NCBI RefSeq assembly: GCF_002113885.1
Contig: NW_018404512.1
Span: 799,782 to 863,781, forward strand
DNA length: 64,000 nt
Direction of reading: 5' to 3'
Source: Mizuhopecten yessoensis
Lineage: Eukaryota
How positions within the stretch are numbered: the stretch's first letter is position 1; every line of letters starts with the position of its first letter. The notes beneath the pieces were generated by a model, which was given only the letters and a program-made list of their open reading frames with translations, made no database searches and was not told the DNA's origin. Below are positions 25,901 through 37,659 of the stretch, in pieces. A program made the translations under genes and the position numbers.

Positions 25901-28900
25901 CGTCTGTGTATCGACATTAGAGTTTAAAAAAGAAATAGTTGACGTAACAAACATCACTTCCTTTGCACTTTGAAATAAATGAGCAAACAGAATTATTTTC
26001 AGCAATATACAATTATTTGCCAGCGACACAACACAAAACAAGTCAACGAGTCGTCATAAAAAGTGTTTACGTCGTCCTTCTCAACCTCCCCGACATCTTG
26101 GCTACTACGTATTTGCTACAAATTGTATACAACGAAGATCAAAGTGGTTCTTCACAGTATTTGTGTGACGCTCCAAACGGATTTATAACTGCTCCTCCAA
26201 GGTCATGGCCATTTGATGTACTTTAATATGTAGCTTGTGAATGCGTTATTGAACACCGTATACGTGGACTGTATCATACATACAATTACAAATAACATAC
26301 CAATCACCTTAACGTTTACGATTCCCAGCTGCTATTCATACCAGTTTTAAGATAAGCTCATACACACTGACACAGTCCTATTGGTTTAAAAAATGTTATA
26401 TTTAGGATAGAGAGCCTTTTAGCATGCTTCCGTTGTCGCGTTTGCGCTATTAAATAATAATAAACCGTGAGGTTATTTATGCTGACAAGTTCTGTCACTA
26501 CTAACATTTTGAACATGGTGCAATGGAAAGTTTAAACTATTCAACATGTACCACTGTAATTGAAGAAGTCAAAAATAAAAAACACCAAATTAAACTGTTT
26601 TTAGATGGCATGAATATGCATTATGAAGGTCACGGTGTAATAACGGGAACATCTAGCGACAACGTGTGTCATGAAAGTAGTTCAATGTTAAACATAACAC
26701 GGTGACAATTTACAGAACCACATGATCATACCTCACTGTCAATACAAAACTACAAAATAGAAAAAAGTAACATCGAATCAAATGCAAATACAGCATGATC
26801 ACCGAAGAAAAAACTTGAAAAAATTCAGTCGCGGTCCACAAGAAGAGTGAACATTTCCTAAGAAATGCACCAAAACGTTTGAAAAACGCAAAGCAGAAAA
26901 CCTTGACCTTTACTAGTCAACATGTCGTATCTATCAATAAACTTTCTATTTAATACTTTGAACTTAATATTTTGAGTACTGTGACATGTAAACTCCATCG
27001 ATAGTCTAGACTGGTATGTGAAATGTACATTGTACTACTAGGTAAAGGAAGTTAATCATTGAATCATTTTGTTTATCTTATAAATGACCAAATCCAACAG
27101 GTGTAACTCAATAAAGGAGACATAAAGTAGGACATATCTTATACAGTTGTGGGATCGCACAACGTTACACGATGTGCGGTGTGCGCACGATGTGCGCACG
27201 GTGTGTGAACGATGTGTGCACGAAGTGCGAACGATAAAAAAATGGACGATCATTGCTTGCGCATTTTTGTGCGGACGATCGACGAACGTTGTGCGATAAC
27301 AATCGTGGTTGGTGTAAATTGAGGAATGGCTAAACAAAATACGGTTTAGTGTTTAAAGACATAAGCTTGATTTTTTAGTATGTTTTCCTATGCCAACTTC
27401 ATCTACAAACTTATCTTTCTTTCTATACTTTCTTAAATTCAGAATCGACACATGTAAACTTACAACAAAGTCTCGGCAACACAGGTAAACATAGCCACTT
27501 TGTACNATACGGTATCACATATCAGCTCTACCCATCAGGCACAGGCCAGGTAAAACTCCGGTCACTCATCAAATTGTTATTTACCTTTTCTGTTACCTAG
27601 CTAAGAGCCAAATCCATTAATTCTTGACAGTATAACTGTCACTGTAATACTGTGTTACATGCATTGTAAAATTGTAAATAATCTTAATTATTGTGATGAG
27701 AAATTACAATAATAAATACAGTGTACGTAATTGCATACGAGCCTTCCGTAATTTTTTTCCTTCCGTAATATTGATCAACAAATTGTACCTAGTCGCAGAG
27801 TTGTGCGGAAAGAAGCGCACAACGGGGAAAATGATTGCTAAATCGCCCAGTTGTGCGCACCATGTACATGTGTGGACGATGTGCGGACGGTGTGTGAACG
27901 ATGTATACACGGTGTGCGCACGGTATTTTTGGTGCATTGTGCGGTCACACAACTGTAGTTCAATAATAAAAGAATTTTTTTTTTCCGAAAAAGCAAAGTC
28001 AAAAGCATCACAGGACATTAGGTCATTAAGATACATGGCAGTGTTTATTTATTTTGAACGTTTGAGAAACCTATTGAAACTTTAATGTAGTTTTTGTTTA
28101 GTTGTACCATTAAAAACTGATGTGAAAGACACGAATGCTCCAATCACGCAAGCCACTGTTATGTCTATGTGAGTTATAGGTTCCATTCTATATAGAGGTA
28201 CGATAAAACGGGCACGGCTGTCTGATGTTTACTTTTGAGAGTCTGTTGTGATGTTTCATGTCTGAGTTTATATCAAATATTAATAACTGTTCTTTCATCA
28301 GAAAGCAAACGTCTCAGAGTGATCAAGGGAAGGCCATCACATGCATCAAAGAATTGACAGAATAATCACGGCTAATGGTTCTATCATCAACTAGAGAATC
28401 ATCAAAATGATGTTTCTTATTAAAAGAAAACACCACCTTTCAGGCTACCTAAAAACACGGAAGCCTGTAAGTGTCAATTTGAAAAAAATATGTTTTTCTT
28501 GTATCTCGTTTTACCGCGTTAACAAAAAGTTTTTAATTTTATAAATTGACACTAATAAGCTTCCGTACTTACACGACAACATGCACGTTCGAAATGTATA
28601 TATTCTGATATATCTCTATTTATAATATTGTAATTAATATTTTTAATCATTGAAGTTACTGATGATACAATAACGTAACGTCGTATGTCGGACATCTCCA
28701 TTTCATGAGTCTGGTAATAACATATTTTGCATTATTTGTTACTGTAATGAATGAGACCACGAGTTTCATTTTACCGCATCAGTTAGAAGTGTGTCATCTA
28801 AAACTTGTCATCTTTTTAATTTTTTCACTGAGATATTATTGCTTGATCCAAAAATGTTTATCGACTCTTCTAAAACGTAATATTCGACATTCGAGATTCG

Positions 28901-31900
28901 GAGATATTCGAGACCATGCTAATACCATGCTATTATCTTTATTTTTTTCATTCACTTTTTAATTTCTTTCCATGCCAATACCATGCTATTGTCTAGGCCA
29001 TGCTATACGAATAGACACGAGGCAGAGAACGTAGTTGCTGGAAGGGTACAACACATGTTAAACACCTGTTTGTCAAATGATAAAGAATCTTATAATGATT
29101 AAATCAATAATATATATTTTATCTGGAAGATGATTTGGTAAATTCCATAACCTTCAAACAGAAGCAACGTTAATCTGTTTAATAATGCAAAAACACTGTT
29201 TCATCAGCTGTTTTCAATGGAATCCGAGACACAGTATAAATCTTTTACATTCGCAAATTAGATTATTTTACAGTCAGGTATGAAGCTTCGCACATACATT
29301 TGTATATGTGAAATCCAACATCACACTGGTGACAAAATAACCATTTTCTACCTATAATTTAATTTTTGTCCCGAACTACTAGACTAACGAGACTCCATTC
29401 GCGAACGAATATCTATTTTATTATAGATTTCGTGACATCTCTGACATGATCATTTTTATTGTCCGCCTTTTCATCATCAATAATGAACCTATATGTCAAA
29501 TCAAGTATCACCTTAGCGTGAAAAAAGATATTGGATAGCATTAGATTGAATTTTTGTTTTCCTGAGAGGGCGGTGTACCACACTTTTAATAATGACAGGA
29601 TCTGATTGAACTCGGTTTGGTTTCATGTGAAAGAGAATCTTGTAGTGTATAAAGAAGAGATATATATGCAAACCTAATTTGAGTGGTGATCGGGATATGC
29701 CTTAAACAAGCACAAACAAAAATGTACTATGCGCCCCATGTACACGTATGTTGCTACACTGTATGTAAGTTCCGAACCTGTTAATAAACGATATATCACG
29801 ATCGTACGGAGTGTTTAATTGACTCTATTGTTGTATGCACCCGTACACAGGGACAACCTGAACTACTTTGACATAGCTCATTGTGCTTATTTTGATAACA
29901 CATAACTTTAAACAACGTAAATACACAATCGCAGACGTTTTCTTTAACAAAAGTTAATGTGTACACGTAATAATTGAAATTATCTCGGGTGATATTTTGA
30001 ATGGACAAACATGCAATCAAAATACGTGTTACATCTTATTTAATGTTTACTTTTTGTGACGATTCCCATTAGTTCCTATAGTGGGTTTCGTTTTCGTTTT
30101 CACATTCACCTAACACAATTTTTAAATATTTGGTTATTTCATTAGATATAAAAAAAACTATTGGTGATATTTTATATGTGATAAACAAGAAAAACAACAC
30201 CGCCCGTCGTGTGTTGAGATTCTCTATTCAGCAAATTAATACGCATGCAAAGTCAGCTTTAACTCACTAAAACTGTCTGCATTGCCTACACAAACAAAGT
30301 TTGCCAGAAGAATCTATATAAGAGATAATTTATATCTGTATATTAAAATACGAAAGTACAATATATATAGTAATAATTAAGTGAAGATTGCATGATATAA
30401 ACAATAACATACCTCTGTGATTTCTAACTTTATCCCTTCGAATCCAGCTTTGACATTTTTGTAGGCTCCTTCGGTTTTCAGGGAACTTTCTAGTCGTCGA
30501 ATGGCCGGTTTGATGTCTGCAGGCTGTCTGTTTCGAATCTGTCGGGGGAAATTAATCATAGTAATTTATACTATCATGATGATCATGGGAACAGCACAAT
30601 ACTGACCTAGCAGAAGTATTGTTTTCAAAACATAAAAGTACAATTATAGAGAACAATTTTTTTCTCTTACCCTGGACAGGGATATCCACCATTTTACCGG
30701 TGCGAGATTTTCTTATCTCACCCTAGGGTTGAGACAAGCTACACGAGTTCTTTGCACGTTCTCAACAATTGTATGACGTCATAGCAACAATACCATGACG
30801 TCACGGCAACAATACAATGACGTCACGTCGACAATTCAGCCGCATCACATCAACATTGTCTTGCATTGATGTAACGTCTATGTAAAATACAACGGTAAAC
30901 AGGGAAGAGAAAAATAATCACTCATCCCCTTTGGAGTGAGACAGGGTGATCTCAACCTTTGGGGTAAGATTCTTAAGCTGTCAAACACTCGGCAAGCCTC
31001 CTGTTTGACAACTTAAGAATCTTACCCCTCGGGTTAGGATTACCCTGTCTCACCCCCAAGGGGGTGAAAGATTCTATTAATCTACAACAAAACGTTATAA
31101 CATTCAATGAACTTGTAGGTAAGAAAGATTATGTTGGTATATTGCAATGGATGTATCTATTTGGAAAAATCGTTTAATGCAACCAAAACTTAACGTTTTG
31201 AAATGGTATATATTCCAATGAACATGTGTTTTCATGCAAAAAACAGCCATTAAACAGTTTGACACGAATCGCGTCGAGCAATGGCGATATTATTGAAGCA
31301 TTTTGATGATGTACCTTCATCTACTACAAATGTAACAATATAAAAATGGCTAAAAATGACTATTCCTCCTTATTATGTAGATGAGTCCCGCGTTGACACA
31401 AGATGAGAGTAGAAAGTTCTCGATGATACATGATAAAAGTCTACCTCTCACGATAACACACGATGAGAGTCTACATCTTCCGTTGATACACGATGAGAGT
31501 CTATATCTCCCGTTGATACACGATGATAGTCTATATCTCCCGTTGATACACGATGATAGTTTATATCTCCCGTTGATACACGATGATAGTCTATATCTCC
31601 CGTTGATACACGATGAGAGTCTATATCTCCCGTTGGTACACGATGATAGTCTATATCTCCCGTTGATACACGATGATAGTCTATATCTCCCGTTGATACA
31701 CGATGATAGTCTATATCTCCCGTTGATACACGATGATAGAGTATATCTCTCATTGATACACGATGATAGTCTATATCTCCCGTTGATACACGATGAGAGT
31801 CTATATGTCCCGTTGATACACGAGGATAGTCTATATCTCAGGTTAACACGTGATGAGAGAGTTTCTATCGGTTCAGATTAAAACCTGATTAGAGTTTATC

Positions 31901-32761
31901 TATCGGATTTACACTAGATAAGAGTTTATCTCCCGGCTAAACACGTAATGAAAGCCTAACTCTCGGATAAAGTCATTGTGAGAGTCTAACAAACGCGTTC
32001 TCAATATTTGTATTACACAGACACATAAGAATAAAGAACATGCAGCTTCAAATCCTACAAAATATATTAAGGAAGCATAAATCGATTTTTTTTTTTTACG
32101 AAACTGACAAAATTAAAATTTATAGAAAACAAATACGAGCAAATGTTTTCTCAAAATGCACAATCTGATAGAAAAATGATGTATTGTTTAGAAATCAATG
32201 TTATCTTTATGCTTACCTTTGTAACCTGTACCTGGAAATTCTTGAAAGAATCAGCCACTATCTTGGAGTTGAGAACTTTCTTCTCTGTCAGTAGCTTCTC
32301 CAGACGTTCCTGAATCTCAAACAACCTTTGTGAGTTGATGGTCATCTGAAATTGACAAACACGACAGGTGAGTATATCTGGATGTTTTCTCTCAGTCTGT
32401 AGAGTGTATGAACCTTTCCGAAGATGACGGGAAGTTGATGTCGGGGTTTCCTTAGCATCCTGTTTCCGGCTGGATGATCCCGATATGCTACCAGTCGAAT
32501 GTTGTCTCCTAACGTCCTGTCGCTTGACACTGGCATTTTCAGAATTCATATCATTCAAAGACTTTGATACAACTAACTGTTTCTTTTGGGTACCAATAGA
32601 CTGCGAATATGTTGAGGATTGCCTTTTGATAACTTTCGAACTATTGAGTTCAAGGGAACTCTGCCTTATGTTCACTGCCATGCTCGGGGACAGTTGTTTT
32701 AAGAGCTGTCGGTAGTGATGAGCTGCCTCAGCAGTCTTGGTCTGATCTAATATTCCACAGT
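13963..32761 (-). CDS. Large coiled-coil protein with C-terminal Mieap (mitochondria-eating protein/SPATA18)-like domain; 19 exons
   Basis: In-frame GT-AG exons (+ coordinates, transcription order): 32217-32761, 30413-30538, 25056-25312, 24320-24631, 23690-23752, 23367-23432, 23132-23206, 21745-21990, 21275-21526, 19491-19748, 18975-19220, 18386-18574, 17329-17553, 16590-16718, 15763-15966, 15299-15500, 14838-14933, 14522-14623, 13963-14253 (TAG). 1267 aa from the Met at 32681; the frame stays open to the acceptor at 32761, so the true start is unresolved. C-terminal motifs LTDDNPAIFDLSDPYRPTKLAEMFSRLYDDEW and CVSLCWLMNVQSPPVYM...HYTRKGTVVDFLVWPTL...GAVLRKGVVQ are typical of bivalve Mieap-like proteins. 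The middle is K/E/L/Q-rich and heptad-like. Confidence 0.88.
22298..23082 (+). mobile_element. hAT-superfamily DNA transposon, internal-deletion derivative (intronic)
   Basis: TIRs CAGGCGCGTAGCT (22298) and AGCTACGCCCTTG (ends 23082), flanked by the direct repeat ACGTT. Remnant hAT C-terminal dimerisation domain at 22606-22805: LIIMPVSTLSTERQFSIMRRVKNYMSSTMSTERLSGRAMLH*...MDIDIENII...EFAGKKDRKL. Confidence 0.82.
27144..27955. mobile_element. MITE with ~21-bp TIRs, TA target-site duplication and 11-bp subterminal repeats
   Basis: TA|CAGTTGTGGGATCGCACAACG ... CATTGTGCGGTCACACAACTG|TA (3 mismatches). Arrays of CG(A/G)TGTG(C/T)G(C/G/A)A near both ends. No credible ORF. Confidence 0.8.
30645..31078. 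mobile_element. Non-autonomous element with ~145-nt terminal hairpin (Crypton-like, family tentative)
   Basis: Inner arms 30961-30987 and 31002-31028 (26/27 complementary), outer arms 30922-30951 and 31038-31067, loop CTCGGCAAGCCTCC. A degenerate copy of the arm lies at ~30670-30740. Confidence 0.6.
31385..31990. repeat. 30-bp minisatellite (~15 good copies plus degenerate flanks), intronic
   Basis: CGATGATAGTCTATATCTCCCGTTGATACA in tandem at 31460-31860. It explains ORFs 31381-31881 and 31448-31753. Confidence 0.92.
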
Positions 32762-33200
32762 CTAGTTATAAATATCAATCCCATGTAACTTATGCATATA
32801 TGACCGATGTTACCTCGTTCATAAACAACAAAGCGTGCATTATTTATCTGTGTACGCTGAGCTTTTGATGTGATTGAGAGGAAAGCCTATTACCTCTGGG
32901 TTTTTAATTATAAATAAGCTATTGATTCAGATTGATGATGTAGGTTTTGATAACTTAATCAGGTATATATTTCGTTGTGACTTATATGGCAAGGGCCGTC
33001 TGGTGTCTAGTAAAGACCGGTTAGCTTCGTACATATTCATACGTTAACATGTCCAAAAACGATTAAAGACATACCTTAAAGAGACTGAAAGTATATACAA
33101 TTGTGGACCCCATTTACATTTTCGGGATGTACTAATTGTTGTGAGGCCATACAACTGAGGCAGTATAGTCAAACTGCACAATGAAGCTTTGTTTTTCAAG

Positions 33201-36200
33201 CGACCCATGCATTACAATGTCAAGTTAAGAGTTGTACAATACAGATGTTGCGTGACTTATGCAACACAAGGTGCATTGCTACATGTAGAAACGTCTTTTG
33301 TCAATGCGGGATTAATAAAGGAACAGTAAGAGAAGTCTCTATTACAACGTTAGTACTTCGTTGTCTAAATACTTATACGTATTCTATATCGATAAAGCAC
33401 TGGTAAGCAGTGTGATAATGTAAGGGCATTTTATACTGTCATACTGGAAATGCAACTGGAAATTCCTTTTTTTATTGGGAAAAAATATATATCACAGCTA
33501 GTGTAATAAAAAAGTGTAGTGGTAATTCTCTGACAGGCCTTGTTCATGTATCATGTTCAAATATGGATGCTCTTTCATGATACAATACAGGTCAACGAGC
33601 TCATTCTTTAGCCTTTGTCATACATAACTGTGGTAACAACGGACTAGTGATAGAGGTTAAATCAACAAACATGTCTGTTCCTCTTTGCTTTGTCGTAGGT
33701 GTGTCACATTTATTAGCATATACTAGATACAGATTAGAGCTCTGAACATAACCAGTTCACCGTGCGTTATATAGGGTGTTATTCCCCTGCCCTATGTATG
33801 TAGTGACGGTCAAACGGTCAGATAGAAATCATCAATAATGTATAACTGGTCGATACTGATTGGATTGCTTAGCCATAGCTCTCGTTACTAACTAGACATA
33901 CGATGGTCTGTGTCATCAGTTAGATAATCAAAATATGTTCAATTATATCCAACACCGACTCTGGCCTAGTCTTCACACCCCTGGAATTATATACGAACTT
34001 TGTTAATAAAAAGACCACTTATAGCCGTTTTATTTTTCAGCGATTGAAACATATGACTATCGTTCAAAATCCACGTTGAGCTTGATTGCTGTTTATAAAA
34101 GACAAAATATTGAATAATCTACTGTACTACGAACAGCTAGACAATTGATATAACATAGTAAGCATATTTATGCCGAGGTTTAAATCCTCTAATGCATGTG
34201 TATACAAGAGATTATTCACGTGTTTAGATATATTGATCACGTTAATGTTTATTATCAATATGAGCGATACAAAACAGGATATTTTGTGACATCGGTGAGC
34301 TTGATTATTGAATCTAGCCTGAATAGCCCCGGACAATATCATACTAGAGAAACATGAACATATCAAGGTTTAACGGCGTGAAACGAAACTAAAGTGTTAT
34401 ATTATCAACGGGAGAATTATGTATAAATATGTGAATTTGATATAAATATCACTTTTTATTTAATGGTATAAATTGCGTAAATAGCAGATAAGCATTCACA
34501 CTAAATATTTATATATCACGTCTACCATATGGATTGCATACACAGAGATAAAAAGACTATCAACTAGTTTACGTAGGTAGAGTGGCACATATAATGTGTA
34601 TACCTATAACTGGTATCACAATGTTTCAAATGTGCATTGAAATAACGTTTTTGCATTTATCTTCGTCTAAGCAGACCTTATAAAACATGTATTTTTTCGC
34701 TCACAAATGAATATGTCTAGCTGGCAACGACACCAAAATTGCAAGATCTTAAGCAACGCTGACGCATAGAATGAAAAGGAAAACAACTATTGTGCCAAAA
34801 TATTCCAAATTACGGGTTGGTGAAGCTGTTTTCAATTTCACAATGTAAACATATTTTAACATCTTGTCTGTCCTCTTAAAAATTACGGATAATTGACTTA
34901 TTGCTCTGATACCAGGGACATTCCTACTACAGAACAATTTCATACTTGCTAATCAAAAGCAATGTATGTAAAATATACGTTTCTGATTTTTCTGTTTTAA
35001 GATCAGTTGCTTAGAATTGGTACAGATATTTAAAAAAAAGAGATAAAACATTTGTTTAGTATTGTCTATTGACATTGAGCAGAGACCGTAATTCCCAGTT
35101 CCTTTTTCTTAAATCTGTTTTAATTTTTCCTTTTCTTTAACTTAAGTGTATGGATTAATTTCAACACCATTGATTAACTAATGCGTCGGCTGTTTTTATA
35201 TTTTAATATATCAGAAGCGGTAAACAATAAGTCTTAAATCCTGTGCTTTCGTGGCCGCATGCTTGGGTACAGCACATTAAAATGAAGGAGGAACTATGTT
35301 GTCGATTTGCTTCCACGACATATTATGATTCGATATATAAAAAATAGCTGCAGAAGTTGCAATGTTGATGACGATGCAATGACAGGTGGGCGGCGGCTGA
35401 TCAGTGAAAGAATTATTCCTGACAAGAGTCGTCTATCCTAGCCCAAACGGGAATCAGTACACGTCTTTGATTGGTCGGCCGTGACTGACATCAATACAAA
35501 CGATTGGGTACGATGTACTTTTCTATCATTGTCCCCGGTATTTTCCATTTAGAAGTGGGCCAATGGTAAATATAACAATGGTATATACATTTTTAATCCA
35601 TGATTTATAAAAGCATGGTTTCTCGCTATGGGTATATCCGTACATTATTGCTGTTTTAATGTTTGACATACTGTTGAACAAATCAATAAAAATATAAACT
35701 TTTCATCTGAATAAATAATAGCTGCGTTGTAAACATACATCGAACTGTAATATTCACCTCTGCCTTATAATCAATCGACCGCGATATGACGTCATATGCA
35801 GGCTCAAAATGACAGAAATACCATCCATGGAAATCAAAGCTAAGCAAGAAATCACCGGCGGGTCTGATAATTCGATTTAGATTAATTTTAAGTGCAGTGT
35901 CAATATTATCGTGAAAGGAAATCAATGAAAGCCGCATTGTCTGTGCGATAATTGGCTCGATGATGGTGTAGTATGATTTATGAATGTGTGGTAGAGATTG
36001 GTGTCCAATGCTGTATGGTACAAGCGTACTCGGCCGTTTTCTAGCCCCTGTTTGTACTCAACACGGTATAAGCCGGTGATAGAAACATTGATGTGCGTTG
36101 ATATATATTCAAAAGCACTTCGTTAATTGGTATGAAAATATGACGCACTCGAAAAATGTTTAACCATTTGCATGATTAAACAAGTAAAAGTTATAAATGA

Positions 36201-37572
36201 TATGCCTCTTGGTTAGAGTTTAAGAACTGATAGTCTGTTAAAATATAATTCATTTTATTTAATTCAAAGTTCCTCCTGTATGTGATTTTCCGGACATCTG
36301 ATCAGATATGGAAGTAATTTGGGTATCCTAGGTTATAGCATGCTAACTAGTCATAAAATATTTAATATCTTCACATGTAGATGACAAGTAATTAGTTTCT
36401 GATGAGAGATAAGTACAGTCATGTTAATACTACATTCTCCATATCTGCTCTAGCATTCATGTTCTGATGGAATAGAGGGAACAATTCAAATATGAAAACA
36501 ACTAAGAATTTCTTCGGCAGATTAAGTAGGATCTGAAACAGTACGCTATTATTTTGAGACAGCAAAAGCAGGCGAACTTCATTTATTACTTGTTGAAATT
36601 AATGAGCTGTTAGAAAGATCAGAGAAAAATATATACAGCATAAACTAATCGAATCCGCTTTTATATCGTGAGAGATGTGGCCGTCATGCTTACAAATATA
36701 TCTTCAATAAAACATGGTTATATTGAGCATACAATGTATGCCAATAAATACATCCATTTCAAATGTAATTATTTGATATAGAAAACCTACCTTGATTAAA
36801 GACAATCGAAATAAAACGGAGTATCCTTCTCAACGAAATCCGTCTTTGATCACATCAGGTATATTTGAATTGAACTAAATACGTGTTCTGTTTGAGGCAT
36901 GCTTGCCTAATCCATCGACATACTTAAAGCATTCAGATACGGTAACCGAGGCCGTCTGCCCAACAATACTAGTCACTTGACAGGATAGAAGGGCTTGTCA
37001 ATAGCGTGTCGAATACTTGGACTCAAACACGAAGTTTGTAAATTTTTGGATTTCCTTGTTTGAGAAATAAATCCCACCTACTTTTTTTTCATTAATACTA
37101 AGTTACCTTTCAGAGCCGATCTATGCACAATCTGGAAATCTGTATAAACCAGGAATTCATTTCTATGTGAATCAATCCTCAGTAATTAACAAAACATATC
37201 TGTTCAAAACAGATAACGCTAGTTCCAGAGAACAACATACAAACAGGTAACGATAGAGTGCATCTCCATATCAAAAGCTACACAGAGTTACCATTAGTAC
37301 ACTGGCCTTATGAGACTCTAGTATCTACGGTATTCCAGACTTAATTCTCTATGAAAAGAAGTGGTCCACATTGCCTCTTTATCACAAAGCAATCTTCGTA
37401 TTGATCAGTGCGATAATTAACTATACCGATATTATTTATCAGCAGGAACATTTCACATGACGCTAATACATCCAGCCTGCAGGCCCTACGGTGGAGCCAT
37501 GGAATACCCAAGTTGCCCACATTGGTATGTTTCGTGCCAGTGCTACTTGTATACGTGTTTGATGGAAGGTGA
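33201..37572 (+). pseudogene. Decayed leucine-rich-repeat cell-surface protein gene (LRRNT-LRRs-LRRCT-stalk-hydrophobic tail), tentative
   Basis: Ordered remnants: ATHALQC...FCQCG (33201-33325), LVHVSCSNMD (33539), QIRALNITSSP (33730), RLKHMTIVQNP (34041), FQMCIEITFLHLSS (34624), ICLAGN (34711), KLRIIDL (34880), YASWLE (36201), PPVCDFPDI*SDMEVIWV (36272), FTC (36370). These are followed by open, phase-compatible exons 36782-36858, 37114-37246 and 37446-37572. The LRR part has many stops and frameshifts. Confidence 0.45.
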
Positions 37573-37659
37573 GTTACCGGGCATGTCCTATCCCTACAAC
37601 GTCAAATCCTGTTACACCAGCTCTCCGCGTGCTGCATGCACATTGATTCCTCTACATAA

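Noticed and set aside
27056-28085. ORFs of 93-130 aa around the MITE
   Set aside because: They arise from the stop-poor 11-bp subterminal repeats and show no transposase motifs.
31381-31881. 166-aa ORF of IHDDSLYLPL repeats (and the antisense DIDYHRVSTG ORF)
   Set aside because: By-product of a 30-bp minisatellite (unit divisible by 3) inside an intron; no splice or codon evidence.
33201-33325. Cys-rich exon as a defensin/myticin-like antimicrobial peptide
   Set aside because: Seven Cys with spacing that does not fit the CS-alpha-beta pattern well, and no convincing signal-peptide exon; better explained as an LRRNT-like remnant.
35400-36100. Possible third hairpin-type element inside the LRR relic
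   Set aside because: Only faint motif similarity; ends and hairpin arms could not be defined.
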